A stretch of 64,000 nucleotides of DNA from Octopus sinensis (GCF_006345805.1 NC_042998.1:2542001-2606000), one strand, 5' to 3'. Shown: positions 10,424-24,430, numbered from the stretch's first letter. The notes: a model not told the origin generated them from the letters alone. Numbers and translations are program-made.

Positions 10424-11202
10424 CATATATACATATATACATTATATATATATAAACATTGATATGGAGCTCAGTTGAGAAAAAAGTGCTATGACCCAGT
10501 TTCGTGGGTTTGCTCCGGACAGACGGGGAAAAGCTTTTGTCCTGTCATTTTTATAGGGAAATTAATGCGGTTCGAAGTTACATCTGACCCTTATCTGATC
10601 AGGCAAAGTTTAAGGAAAAAATTAAAATGCTACCCTTTAAAATGCGGCGAGCTGGGGGTTTGTTGATCAGTTGGCAACAGATCAGTTGGCGAGGGGAGTT
10701 AAGTTGGCAACAGGGTAGTTGGCGTGAGGGTCGATGCAGAGATGACAGTTGGCAAGAGCTGAGGACAGGCAGATAGTATTGAGGACAAGTCGAGCGAAAG
10801 GATCTGAGAGAGATTATGGCGAGAAGGCTGGATTGCTGTAGTAGGGGTTTGTAACGAGAAAATGTGCGGTAATGTTTGTTTGTTTTTGTTGTTGACTTTT
10901 GATGTGAAATGTAAAAGAAACGAGATTATGACGTAAACTGTAATATGTTGTAAAAAGAAGAAAAAGAATTGTCTCAAAAAAAACTGTGGAAAAGAGGAAG
11001 AAAAGAAGGGAAAAGAACATTGTGAATTGTGTTAAAAAGAGGAAGAAAGAAAGAAAGAGAAAGACTTTAACGTTGAACTGTTTCGAACTCTGTATTTCGT
11101 TGAACATTAATGTTTTGATTTTTTTCGGACGTTCTGTATCGTGCATGCCTTGATTGTTGTTTTTTTCTTTTTAATTCTGTATTTTCTTTAATGTATCTGA
11201 TA

Positions 11203-11292
11203 TTATCAGAGATACCCGGCGTTGCCCGGTTACATTCAATTGAAGAATTTGATTTTTCTGTTATATATATATATGGATACGCACACACACAC

Positions 11293-11332
<40 letters not shown>

Positions 11333-11870
11333 ACATACACACGTATATATGTATATTAATATAAATACATGAAAATACATGAAGTTTGTTAAAAAAAAAG
11401 GGGATCATGTATATACCTCCTGGCTGTTGAGATTATAACACCTCGTTGTTAACAATGTTCCTTGTTTTCCCTTGTGGAGCATATGCAAAAAGGTTTCTTC
11501 TGGTTCCTACTCTTGAGCAGCCAACATACAGTTGCCCATGCGAGAAGCTGGGCTCTTCCAAGAGAAAACCAGCTACAGAGAGAGTTTGACCCTGAGATTT
11601 GTTAATGGACATGGCAAAGCTTACATGAAGGGGGAATTGCAGTCTTCTGAATGTAAATGGAATTTCTGCTCCTGATGGAGTAAGAGGAAATCTTGGAATA
11701 AAGACGTCATCACCTTTTCCACGTCCAGAAAGAATGAACGCCTCGATAACGTGTGACATCATTTTCTTTATCACCAGTCGTGTTTCATTGCAAAGTCTTA
11801 CAGGAGTTCCAACTTTAAGTGCTAATATGTGTGGAGGTAGTCCAGGAGGCTCCGGTGAATTGAGAAATTC
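11203..11870 (-). mobile_element. Helitron 3' fragment: C-terminus of PIF1-like Rep/Hel helicase (11433-11870) plus 3' hairpin
   Basis: EFLNS..PPGLPPHILALKVGTPV, RRLQFPL..SFAMSINKSQGQTL, FSHGQLYVGCSRV motifs with an internal deletion; subterminal CCGGGCAACGCCGGGTAT hairpin at ~11213-11230 with degenerate CTAG end. Confidence 0.9.
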
Positions 11871-11874
11871 CACC

Positions 11875-11906
<32 letters not shown>

Positions 11907-12090
11907 CAACAAAAACAACAACAACAACAACAACAACAACAAAGATATCGTCGTTTTGCCGTCTACCATAACTGCCAACAACAACACCACTACTACTACA
12001 ACCTCAACCACTACAAGTGACACCAACACTACCACCAAAAACAAATCCAATTTTGCACAAGCGTTAAAAATAAAAGAGACAATACTAAAC

Positions 12091-12890
12091 TTCAAAAGTT
12101 TGTGCTAGGATAGTATTTTTTATGTAAAAGTTGTGCAACAACTAATACATTCGGTTGTGCAAATTCTTTGCACGGGAAACCTTCCCTGTGTGGCGTGTTT
12201 TCCGAGTTTGTAGAATTTGCTTTCGGATTTCTTTGCCATTTCTGTTTTGGCGACTTCAAAGCCATGAAGTCGTCGTTCTAAAAGAAGGCTGGTCTCCTTG
12301 ACAACGCTTACGACGTTGATTTCCCTACCCTGCCTTCCCCACAGCTTCATGAAGGAAGGAAGAGGGGGAGGAGCAACACAGGTGCGAGCATGGACGCCAA
12401 CATCGCCGCCACCACCACCACCGCCGCTGCCACTACCACCTCCGCCACCGCCGCCACCAACACCAACACTACCACCACCATACTATACCTCTGCTCTCTC
12501 CTTTTGGCTACTAAATCTATTACCATATTTCACAAGTACCATCGCCATACAATATTGCCTTCAAAAGTTTGTGTTTTGATAATATTTTTTACGTAAAAGT
12601 TGTGCAACAACTAATACATTCGGTTGTGCAAATTCTTTGCACGGGAAACCTTCCCTGTGTGGCGTATTTCCCGATTTTGTAGAATTTGCTTTCGGCTTTC
12701 TTTGCCATTTCTGTTTTGGCGACTTCAAAGCCATGAAGTCGTCGGGGAAAAGGTCACTGGTCTCCTTGACAACGCTTACGACATTGATTTCCCTACCCTG
12801 CCTTCCCCACAGCTTCATGAAGGAGGGAAGAGGGGGAGAAGCAAGACAGGTGCAGGTGCGAGCATGGACGCCAACTCCGCCACCGACACA
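12091..12890. repeat. Direct duplication of ~320 bp (12091-12410 and 12560-12890) separated by CCA/CCG repeats
   Basis: TTCAAAAGTTTGTG...GTTGTGCAACAACTAATACATTCGG...GGTGCGAGCATGGACGCCAAC present twice. Confidence 0.9.
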
Positions 12891-12949
12891 CAAAAAAATT
12901 GGAAGAACCCAGACGACAGCTTCACAGTCAAAGGACAACTCTGCCACAA

Positions 12950-13300
12950 ACACCACCACCATCACCACGACGACCAACACCACCACCACCACCATCACCA
13001 CCACCGCCACCACTACCACTACCACCATGACCACCACCACCATCACCACTACCACCATGACCACCACCACTCACCACTACCACCATGACCACCACCACCA
13101 CTACCACCATGACCACCACCACCACCATCACCATCATGACCACGACCACCACCACGACTAACACCACCACCAACAACAACAACACGACCACCACTACGAC
13201 CACCACCACCACCACCACCACTACTACCACTACCACCACCACCACCATCACCACCACCACCATCACCACCACCACCACCACCACCACCACCACCACCACA
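12950..13300. repeat. Imperfect (ACC)n trinucleotide microsatellite
   Basis: Direct inspection; explains the poly-T/H/V/G ORFs. Confidence 0.95.
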
Positions 13301-13477
13301 GTTTGGAGATGTCTTGGCAGCGGTGTACTGCAACTGCCAGCAGAACGGAAGCATACCCGCTTTTGTGAGTTTGGATAATATTTGGCACGCATGAATGACG
13401 AAGCCACCTTGAACATGATCCTATGAACCGGAAAAAAATTATATACTGAGAGTTACTTATTCGTAAATATAAATTAA

Positions 13478-13874
13478 CTAGCAGTATCGCCCGGCGTTGC
13501 TCGGGTTTGTAAGGGAAATAACTATATAAGCATTTTTAGAGAGTTATAGCCAAAAAATAGCAAAAAAATGCATTAAAAATGGGAAAAAAATTATGGTAAT
13601 TTTTTTTTAATCGTTGACTCATCGTAGACATTTTTAGAGAGTTACTTCCCTTATATAATAGCGAAAAAATGCATTAAAATGGAAAAAAATTATGGTAATT
13701 TTTTTTTTTTAATCGTAGACTCATTGTAGACGCGCGCTAATACCCAGAAGGGCTCGATATTAATCACGACTATAATATACCCGGTTTTGGTTAATCTGCA
13801 CCGCAAAATGTGGGAGTAGTTAGGAATCTAAATCGTAGGAGACAGACACACAACTTCTCTTTTATATATAAAGA
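13478..13874 (-). mobile_element. Complete non-autonomous Helitron (~397 bp)
   Basis: Minus strand 5' TC(TTTATATATAAAAG), 3' CCCGAGCAACGCCGGG hairpin then CTAG; inserted between A and T with no TSD; sister copy at 56323-56715. Confidence 0.9.
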
Positions 13875-14442
13875 TGTATTACGTTTTATTTGATGTTGTA
13901 ACAATTGTATAAACTGTTGTTAAATGTAAGCAACTGCCTTCCGCCGTCTCTCTCTCTTCCTGTTGTTGTTGTTGTTATCTCCGGTTAGAGTTCGCTGCCA
14001 TCTCCACCACCGTTTTCTGTGGCGGATTCCTTTTGACTGAGCCTGGTCATCGTCGTCGCTCGACTTAATAGGGTCCCGGGTTCGAGTTGAGCGATTGCAT
14101 GTTCGTAACAATATATATTGTCATATGCAAGAATCAAAACAATGACCTGCATAGTCTTAATACTTTCGAATCTGTCAAAGTATATTAAGAATAATATGTA
14201 AGTCAGCGTTTTGATTCACTTTGTTTACCGTGCATATCACAATTTAGTATCGGTTGGCAGATATCAGAAGGGATCAGCGAAAAAATTGTTCGCTGAGGTT
14301 TCAAACGAGAACATGAACTCTTGATAGATTCATTGGTCCGTGGGTGCCTCTGGCTGACGAGAGACACAACGTTGTCGAAACAGTGGATGTTCCAGAATCT
14401 CTTTCAATAAATGAATCGTTTGTATCATAAATACAAACTGAT

Positions 14443-14522
14443 CGTAAAGGACAAAATGCAACACCGATTAGCTTACTCACGTTCGAATCTGCCGGAACAT
14501 ATTAAGAATAAAGATGCTGTTC

Positions 14523-14587
<65 letters not shown>

Positions 14588-14630
14588 AATGTTGTAATTG
14601 TAATTTGTAAGAAGTTTTAATAAGGATGCA
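14443..14630. repeat. Dispersed repeat with internal (TG)n; inverted relative to 1965-2135
   Basis: Reverse-complement match on both sides of the microsatellite. Confidence 0.75.
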
Positions 14631-15884
14631 GATGGCAAGTTGAGAAGGCTGGTTGAGAAAATGCTGTGTGTTTCATCGTTAATAATTTCTAGGTGCAGTA
14701 AAAGAAATCGTCGCAAAATGATTTATATTGATAGATTTTATTCAAGTGCTTCGATGTTTCCACATCTACAACGAGTTGAAAGTAAATACAAACACTGGGT
14801 TTTATAGAGAATCTAATGTAACTGAAGAGACCTACTACTAAGTTGATTTGAAACTCTTTCGAGGTTGCCATTAATAGTATACTAACTGTCTACTAGTGGC
14901 AACGAGAGAGAGCGAGAGAGATGTGAACTTGGAAAGTTACTGAGAAAAGAGAATGTTTTTCTCTTTGTATCTCAAGGTCAATAACAATGGAACTGGTTGA
15001 GCTAAATTAGCTTTGTATCACCTAAGATGATGTCGAATTTGACAAGTTAGACCAATAAATTCTAAGTCAAATTCTATGAACAACGGAAAGGTGTATAACG
15101 GCTGGAATTTCCTTTCTTTTTGCGAATTCAGTGTACACACACACACGCACATATGTATACATATATAAAATACATCAAGTATATATGCATACATATATAA
15201 AATATATCAAGTACAGGACATCCCCAATGGGTGAAAATTACGTAGGCACACGAGCGATAAGTACAGGACAAAGTACCAAAAATATACAATAAAACAAGAC
15301 ATCACCAACGAGTGAAAAATACGTAAACACAGAGACAAGTAGGGGACATGTTACCAAAAGAAGTCTAATCCCTCCTCAGTTGTCGACTGTTAATTACTAC
15401 CTCGAGCTTTCAACGACAGGAAAACTTCATAAACAGCAGCTTCCAGAATATTTTAAAATATAAAATTTCTGGAGAGTTGGAGCTTCAAGCGAACAGACAA
15501 AACGACAGAGTGGACGTACAGAGAAAACAATCGACGAAGACAAACATTAAGGGCCGCTAGGTCAAGATGAATTGTAATGGGTAACGCCTGGGGAGAAATT
15601 TTGAAAGGATATACAATAAATCCAAGAGAAGAAAATAGTAGAGGGGAAAAAAAGGGAAAAAAATGTTGGGAGGCGATAGAAAATTACGTCCAGCATCCAG
15701 AAAAGGCAGAGGTAAGAAAAAAAAATGACTTGTAGTCACGTGGGAACAAACAGGCAGAGGAGAAAGGAGGCAAGTGAGAGAATGAGGGAAAGAAACAAAG
15801 GGAGTGAGAAGGGAGAAGAAACGAAAGACAGGAGACGGCAAAGAAGGGAGATAAGTACAGGACAACTTTATATATATATATATC

Positions 15885-16205
15885 TGAGACCCCCTTCAGT
15901 CACGATACAGACCATGGGATTGCAACTAGAAAGTTACCCTCCCAGTTACCGTCCGGGTAAGGTTGTTTATGGAAGACCAGCAGTCACCTCCACTCTCCAC
16001 GCCACTGATGTTATCCAAGGGAAAGGCAAAGTCCGATACAGCTTGGCACCTGTGACCTCGCAACTCATTTCTACAGCTGAGTGGACTGGGGCAACATGAA
16101 ATAAAGTGTCTTGCTCAAGAACACAACACGCAGCCCGGTCCGGGATTCGAGCTCACAACCCCACGATCGTAAGCTCGGCGCTCTAACCACTGAGCTATGC
16201 GCCTT
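15885..16205 (-). mobile_element. tRNA-derived SINE, family C (V-domain-like)
   Basis: Minus strand GGCGCATAGCTCAGTGGTTAGAGCG (box A), GCTCGAATCCC (box B), GTGTTGTGTTCTTGAGCAAGACACTTTA...CCAGTCCACTCAGCTG. Confidence 0.85.
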
Positions 16206-16224
16206 CACACACACACATATATAC

Positions 16225-16420
16225 ACAAATACATACATACATACATACATACATACATACGTACGTACGTATGTACGTATGTATGTACGTATGTATGTAT
16301 GTATGTATGTACGTATGTATGTATGTATTGTATGTGTGTATGTATGTATGTATGTATGTATGTATGTATGTATGTACGTATGTATGTATGTATGTACGTA
16401 TGTATGTATGTATGTGTGTA
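16225..16420. repeat. (TACA)n/(TATG)n microsatellite in inverted arrangement
   Basis: Direct inspection. Confidence 0.9.
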
Positions 16421-17654
16421 CACATACACATAAACTTACACGCGTTCCATTTCAGGAAACCAGGTAAATAAGACGAACACAATTTCTTAGGCTTAGAATG
16501 GTGTTAGAAATAAATAGAATTACATTAACACAATATTAGATATGAATATTTTTCCGGACTTTTATACGTGTAAAAGACCTACATCCAACCTTTTGCTAAG
16601 TACTAAATATGTAAGCAGTCCATGTATTAGATATAAATTTGTATGTTACAAAATGAAAGCTATCGATACAATCAAGTAGAAAATAAATATCTTTATCACG
16701 AAAATATATAAAATTATTCTTGAGTCCCCTCCTCCGTATGGTTTATCTCTTTGGAGCCTTCAGCAAGAGGCAATCGGAATTAGAAAAGTTTTCACTGTGT
16801 TACATTCAAAATATTTGAAAGTTTTAGAACGAATTGGATCCGATTTCATAAATATTCTTGTAGATCTTGAAGATACATTTTTACGTAACATTCTCTTAAT
16901 GGAAAATGGTTGTGAATGAGACGAGCACAATCTCATATAGACATTAGCAAATATTTATAATTACATGAACGCAATTACTGAAAATGCATATTTTCAGAAT
17001 TTCTATAAATAAGAAAGAGATCTATACATTTCAAAGTATGTATGCATTGGACGATAAATATTCTGTAACGGTTTCATATGGAAGCGATGTCCACAATTAT
17101 TCAAGTAAACCACTTAGGAATGTAGGTACGTTTCCATTTTAGAGTAGAATACACGAAATTGTACAAGACTATACAGGATTTCCAGGAGGTAACTAATAAG
17201 AATATCTTAAATGTTATCTCCTTGCGTCGGCCCTGGATTTTTGCAAGAATTAGGTGTTCACCATAGATTAATTCGTTGATTATTTAATACGAGAACACTC
17301 ATAGAGAACCATATTAAAAATATTTATAAACACGCAGACAGATACATACATACATAAACGTGTATATATATATATATATGTGTGTGTTTCGACTGCTATT
17401 TCGGCATGTTGGTGTCTTTTAGACACCCTCATTTTTAATTGTTAAAAATTTTTTTACCTTTGTAAGGTATTTCTTTCATGCTGGCCACTTGATAATTTCG
17501 ACACTTAAATATCGATATTATCCTCATATATAAATTTATATATATATATATATATAATATAATATATAATATAATATAATATAATATAATATAATATAAT
17601 ATATATATATACATACATACGTATATATATATATATACATATATATATACATAT

Positions 17655-17722
<68 letters not shown>

Positions 17723-17769
17723 GTATGCATACATCATGCGTCTTTTTATGTTTGGCCATCTTTTGCCTT

Positions 17770-18112
17770 TTGCCTTTTACTGGTGTCAGTCACTACACTG
17801 CCTTGAAGGGTTTTAGTCGAACGAATCGACCGTAGGACTTGTTTTTTAGGCCTACAACGTATTTTATCGGTCTCTTTTGTGTTTTAAGTTACAGAGGCAT
17901 AAACACACCAACACCGGCCGTCAAGCTGTGGTGGAGGTCAAACACAGATCAAAGACACACTCCCATAGGTATATACTCATAGACGACGAGATTCTTTCGT
18001 TTTCCGTCTACCAAATCGACTGACAGGGCTTTGGTCGGTCCAAAGCATTAGTAAAAGGCACTTGCCCATGTGATTGGGAAGCAAGCTTTTTACCACAAGC
18101 CACACCTGCGCC
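17770..18112 (-). mobile_element. SINE family B, degenerate
   Basis: Similar to 19568-19978. Confidence 0.7.
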
Positions 18113-18479
18113 ATCTGCATTATTATTCGTGGAGGTCCACAGATTTTGAACCTGAAACTTGGTCCATGGAGTTGTAAGTACAGAAAATACTTTATATCTT
18201 CATATACATATATTTCAGTGGATCGTGTGATTTCATGAATATACATATCTGTGAAGTTAGGAAATTCACATTGAGTTCGAGGGTGTATATGTATGCAATG
18301 CATATTGTTCGTATAATTAATACCCAAAATTTATCCAGATTGAACAGATGGCAACCTGGGAGAGGAGTCATGCTTGGAATTTCGGCGATGGATTATTATT
18401 TGCACATGCAAGGTGAGACGGTTTCTTCCCTAATATTCAAAATGTTCACCGTTGATGTTATGATACAGAGATCGCATTT

Positions 18480-18757
18480 ACCCTTCAAGACGCAAATACG
18501 GGCAAGGTTGTTTATGGAAGACCAGCAGTCACCCAGGCATACAATCCTCCCCTCTCTCCACCACCAATGCTATCCAAGGGAAAGGCAAAGGCTGATGCAA
18601 CTTGGCACCAGTGACGTCGCAATTCATTTCTACAGCCGAGTGAACTCTAGCAACGAGAAATAAAGTGTCTTGCTGAAGAACACAACACATAGCCCGGTCC
18701 GGCAATCGAGCTTACAACCTCATGATTGCGAGCCCGGCGCTCTAACAACTGAGCCAT
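18480..18757 (-). mobile_element. SINE family C copy
   Basis: Matches 15885-16205. Confidence 0.8.
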
Positions 18758-18762
18758 GATAT

Positions 18763-18827
<65 letters not shown>

Positions 18828-19567
18828 TACATATCGACCAACTTTTTTTCCCTCGAAGCAAGCTTCTGCGTAGTCGCACGGCCTGTTAAACATAGCAACT
18901 AAATTTCCCTCAAATCATGCACCACGTTGTTATGGAAGGGAAGGACGTATTGATAATTCAGCATCTTTTGAAAATAAGAGACAGGATGATCACAGCCAAG
19001 AATACTTTTGATCGTACGTCTACTATTAAAGTTGACATGGCAAAAACGACAACAACAATTTGTTTTTGGCTTTGAGTTTTGTTGCTAACGAGAGAAATCA
19101 GTATTTATGGAAGCCAAAACAACAAAGAAGACGCAGTTCGCGGGTTCGTGATGTGTTAGAAAATTTACTTTTCTTTGATTATTCGATTCGAACAGGTAAT
19201 AGAATGAGGTAGGTCAGAATAAAACAACTGATTTATACTTTAGGACTGCTTATAAATCTAATTGATTCAGTTTTATAGATTTCTCCAGTTAGAACATACA
19301 TTTAAAGGATCAAACGAAATTTCGATCATTTGGCATTTACAGAATTTTGCAACGTTTCAAACGTTACGTATGAACTTTTTTTTTTATCAACCATGCCAAG
19401 CAGTTCAATTTCACAGTTGGTTGGATACAACCCAATCTTTCTACAAACTCTAAATAAGCATCAGAGGTAGCAGTTGCCATGAAGTAAAATACAAAGTAAA
19501 TACATTTTCTTAAAGTAACATCTGTTACTACAAAGAAATAGCCAAGTTGAATTTTATTTTATCATCT

Positions 19568-19776
19568 CTCTTTTACTCTTTTACTCTTTTACTTGTTTCA
19601 GTCATTTGACTGCGGCCATGCTGGAGCACCGCCTTTAATCGAGCAACTCGACCCCGGCACTTATTCTTTGTAAGCCCAGTACTTATTCTATCAGTCTGTT
19701 TTGCCGAACCGCTAAGTGACGGGGACATAAACACACCAGCATCGGTTGTCAAGCAATGCTAGGGGGACAAACACAG

Positions 19777-19807
<31 letters not shown>

Positions 19808-19978
19808 CATATATACGACAGGCTTCTTTCAGTTTCCGTCTACCAAATCCACTCACAAGGCATTGGTTTGCTCGAGGCTATAGTAGAAGACACTTGCCCA
19901 AGGTGCCACGCAGTGGGACTGAACCCGGAACAATGTGGTTGGTAAACAAGCTACTTACCACACAGCCACTCCTGCGCC
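19568..19978 (-). mobile_element. tRNA-derived SINE, family B (CORE-like), full length
   Basis: Minus strand GGCGCAGGAGTGGCTGTGTGGTAAG...GGGTTCAGTCCC...CACCTTGGGCAAGTG, internal (TA)/(TG) tract, (GTAAAAGA)n tail. Confidence 0.9.
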
Positions 19979-20089
19979 TATGTAGCTTCAGTTAAGAGGT
20001 TATAAGAGCACCGAATTGTTTGCTTTCAGTATTTCTGGTTGGACTGTGAATGGGTTTTTTTCATATTTCGTTGCCGGCACAACGCAGTT

Positions 20090-20221
20090 TTGCTTACCAA
20101 CCACATGGTTCTGGGTTCATTCCCACTGCGTGGCACCTTGGCAAGTGTCTTCTACTATAGCCTCAGGCCGACCAAAGCCTTGTGAGTGGATTTGGTAGAC
20201 GGAAACTGAAAGAAGCACGTC

Positions 20222-20272
<51 letters not shown>

Positions 20273-20388
20273 AATAAGAAAATGGAGAAACAATTTAGTT
20301 TATTCATCAACTTTCGGATATTAGAATGTTGAATTATTTATTCATTTAACAAAATGAGAACCTTAATAGCATACATATATACCTTTTG

Positions 20389-20468
<80 letters not shown>

Positions 20469-20689
20469 GTGTGTATATGTTTGTGTGTCTGTGTCTGTCC
20501 CCTAACATCGCTTGACAACCGATGCTGGTGTGTTTACGTCCCCGTAACTTAGCGGTTCGGCAAAAGAGACCGATAGCATAAGCACTAGGCTTCCAAAGAA
20601 TAAGTCCTGTGGTCGATTTGCTCGACTAAAGGCGGTGCTCCAGCATGGCCGCAGTCAAATGACTGAAACAAGTAAAAGAGTAAAAGAGT
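20090..20689 (+). mobile_element. SINE family B with expanded internal microsatellite and insert
   Basis: Same sequence in opposite orientation to 19568-19978. Confidence 0.85.
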
Positions 20690-20993
20690 ATGCTTTGTTA
20701 CGCCACTAAGCTATAAATCAATACCACGAAGTAGGGGGAGCCAGTGTAGTAGGTAGTTGAGCACTGAGGGATGAGATAAATGGTAACAGAAACCCAAACC
20801 GGTGTATTCTTTCCTAAGATACCTGCTGATGATTTGGTTTATGTGGAGATTTACCAAAAGCTGTCTTCTACTTGAAGATGGTCTCTGTCTTGGTGAAAGC
20901 TATCGTGTTACTGGTAAACTGTTGGCAAGTTGACTCTAACGTAATTTAAAAAGTTTCCGTTTGGGATTCCTTCATTTCAAGTATATTGCTGAA

Positions 20994-21408
20994 GGCGGCG
21001 AGTTGGCAGAATCGTTAGCACGCCGGGCGAAATGCTTAGGGGTATTTCGTTTGTCGTTACGTTCTGAGTTCAAATTCCGCCGAGGTCGACTTTGCCTTTC
21101 ATCCTTTCGGGGTCGATTAAATAAGTACCAGTTACGCACTGGGGTCGGTATAATCGACTTAATCCGTTTGTCTGTCCTTGTTTGTCCACTCTATGTTTAG
21201 CCCCTTGTGGGTAGTAAAGAAATAGGTATTTCGTTTGTCTTTACATTCTGAGTTCAAATTCCACCGAGGTCGACTTTGCCTTTCATCCTTTCGGGGTCGA
21301 TTAAATGAGTACCAGTTATGCACTGGGGTCGATATAATCGACTTAATCCGTTTCTCTGTCCTTGATTGTCCCCTCTATGTTTAGTCCCTTGTGGGCAATA
21401 AAGAAATA
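20994..21408 (+). mobile_element. SINE family A (head plus two body units)
   Basis: Matches 676-1257; junction AAAGAAATAGGTATTTCG at ~21217. Confidence 0.9.
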
Positions 21409-23334
21409 AGTATAATAGCCTTGAAAAATGTATTGTAACTCCACGTTTCTCCAAACTTTTAAAAATTTACATCACATGAAGAAGACTGCAATAAACTACG
21501 TACAGGTAATTTTTTTCATCGTAAACTAAAGCCAGAGAAACATATGATTGCATACATGCTTCATAAGACAAGAAAGAGAAACTCGCAAGCTACATAGTCA
21601 GAAGTCAGGATGGAGTTAATTGAACATTGAGTAGAGAACGAAAGTAAGAATTGTTTTGAATAGATCTTGTCTACGAACGACAAACAAACAAATCAACAAT
21701 GCAAGGTCACCGGGACCCCCAGCAAAATGTTGAATGATGACTGAATTTCTCGACAGCACTTATAAACACTTAATCTGCGAGTTAAACGTCTCCCATCCCA
21801 ACGACTAGAAATAGTAACAACAAAATTCACGTTGTTGTGTAGGGCTCCCATTGTCAAGTTTGCTCTACCAAAGAGAATGTCATGTAAGTGTCGCGAAAAT
21901 ATATAATTACTTTCTGCAAATGTGTATGTAGCATTCTTGAAGATATTTCCTATTTCTGGCTTATTGAATTATTCATTCTGTATGTGTCTGCGTGCGTGTG
22001 TGTGTATGTTTTATCATTGTTTTCAGAGCACTTTTTTCAATCTTCATCTGTGTGTTATCGTACGCCACATGTCTATTGTTCATTTTAGATCTCAACGCTT
22101 TTCTTTTCTTCTTGGCCACTTGTGACAATAAATAACACCCCTCGGTATACAAACACATATCTATCCCACATATATATGCAAACATACAAACACTCATAAA
22201 CGCAAAATACACTATATCACATGTTATGTGTGTGTATGTGTTTGTGTGTGTTTGCATGCTCACGTGCTTGTGTGCATATGAATATTTTTATCTTTTATCT
22301 TTTATCTTTTTACTTGTTTCAGTCATTAGACTGCGGCCATGCTGGGGAACCGCCTTGAAGGGTTTCAGTCTTCAGCGAGTTGGTCACTGGTGTAGGAAAA
22401 CTTGACCGCTGAAAAAATTCATAGCTTTCCACACGTGATAGAGCTGATAATGTAGAGGCTATCGTGAAGTTGAACGTCGTGAATCATATAGCAGGCAATG
22501 GTTGTTAAAGTGAAGGCTAGAGATCTTTATACTCGGAGTCACCACTTTAGCGAGGGAAGGTGCTAATGAAGATGTCAGCACCTCGATGACTGGACTGAGT
22601 CATTAATCCAATGGCTGTAAAATGCCTCTGGTGTAATAAATAACAACACTTGTGTCCGTGCGTGAACAACTTCGTATTCAAGGTTATATTCAGATGTGTA
22701 ACAAATGAATTCATACTGTGAGTACACAATGTTCAATACAGTTATAAGGTTCTGAACATCTTGCCATGTTCCACGATGACAGTGAGAAAATAGGAGGAAT
22801 TCAAACTACAAAATTACTTTCAGACAGGTACTAGGCGTAGAATAACATAGCGAGTTGCTGGTAGGAAAGAATACCGAATCCGTGTACCTGGATCTCTCTC
22901 CGATGTTGACCTCGTTGCGTCTTTGAGAAGAGGAGGGAAATTCAATTGGAATTCGCTCTTAAGTAGGCAATATTGCTTCTAACACGCTCCTGTGTGTGGT
23001 TTAGCAGGTACGCCTTGTATGCTGACAAAGGAGGAGCTAATCAATGTTTACTTGAAATGTTCTAGAACATTCGACAAGGGAGATAACTATAGCTGATTCC
23101 TAACGAATATTTTGCGGGCTTCGAACCTGTTTCAAATAGCGTTGCCTTGAAGTCGAACGAATCAGCCCCAGTATTTTTTTAAAACTTAGTACTTATTCCA
23201 TCGGTATCTTTTGCCGAACCGCTATAATACGGGGAAGAAAACACACTAGCACTGGTTGTCAAGCGATGGTGGGGGACAAACAGAGACACAAACACACACA
23301 CTCACACACACACAACACACTAATACACACACAC

Positions 23335-23677
23335 TCATACATACATAATACATACGCACACACGTGCATACATACATACATACATGCATACATACATACA
23401 TGCATACATACATACATACATACATACATACATACATACATACATGCATGCATACATACATACATACATACAAACATACATACATACATACATACATATA
23501 CACATACATACATACATACATACATACATACCTACATACATACATACCTACATACATACATACATACATGAAATACCCAGTACCCAAGATACACTTTCAT
23601 CTTCATACCTATCATTATTGGAACAACAGGATACATACCGACCTGTCTGGAGCAAAGTATGGCTGAATTTGGAATCT

Positions 23678-23737
<60 letters not shown>
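23335..23737. repeat. (TACA)n (23335-23568) and (GA)n (23680-23737) microsatellites
   Basis: Direct inspection. Confidence 0.9.
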
Positions 23738-23738
<1 letters not shown>

Positions 23739-24430
23739 TACTAACCCTTAATTCATATTCTGGAAATGATCATGATACCTGAGACTATAAAAAGGATGTC
23801 AGTTAAATCAGGATAATCTCCTTCAGAACCTTGCTACTGAATCGGTGGACGGTCAAAATGTACTCTAAATTAAAAAGAGAAAGAGAAGTCTGGAGTAGCA
23901 CGGCTTGCTACCCGTCGATGCTTATTCGCCTTTGAAAACAAATAGATTTCAAGTGAAATACATTCACTGATTTCGAAAGTAGAAATAAGACATTTCTAAA
24001 TCTCTACAGTAGCTGCACGATAAAGTGATGGTATGTTGCCAACTTTGTGTCGTAGCCCCATGAAAACATAAGGACAGAGAAAATGTGTCATGGCCAAGGG
24101 GAAACAGTGTTTCCTAGGGCTAAATAGCAGTAGCATTCTTCCCTTTCATGGGACTGCCACATTAAGTTGGCAACATACTATCACTTTATTGTGCTGCTAC
24201 AGTATAAATCTCTCTGAGAGATTTAGAAATGTAATATATATATATATAATCAAAATAAGCAATCCTTGTTGCTTATTTTGATTATAATCACCCCATTTCA
24301 TTTATATGGATAATACCATACAAAATTCTGGTGCCTTTAACTTAAGTACAATATTCATCTGAATCTAAATTTTTGCTGAACTTATATATATATATATTTC
24401 TTTACTGCCCACAAGGGCTACACGCAGAGG

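Noticed and set aside
11871-13416. Long poly-Val/Thr/His/Gly ORFs
   Set aside because: Translations of trinucleotide microsatellites
14345-14390. CTGACGA…GACA CAACGT TGTC GAAA hammerhead-like string
   Set aside because: Stem I does not pair and the cleavage position would be G
15365-15420. Minus-strand GAAAGCTC…CTGAGGA permuted hammerhead candidate in a purine-rich repeat-like segment
   Set aside because: Stems I and II cannot be paired convincingly
16130-16205. tRNA genes at SINE heads (also 25385-25452, 19910-19978)
   Set aside because: Box A/B present but acceptor stems are incomplete and each continues into a multi-copy SINE body
16500-17300. Complex-looking unique sequence as a decayed gene (also 22500-23140)
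   Set aside because: No long open frame in the ORF track and no motif I can recognise
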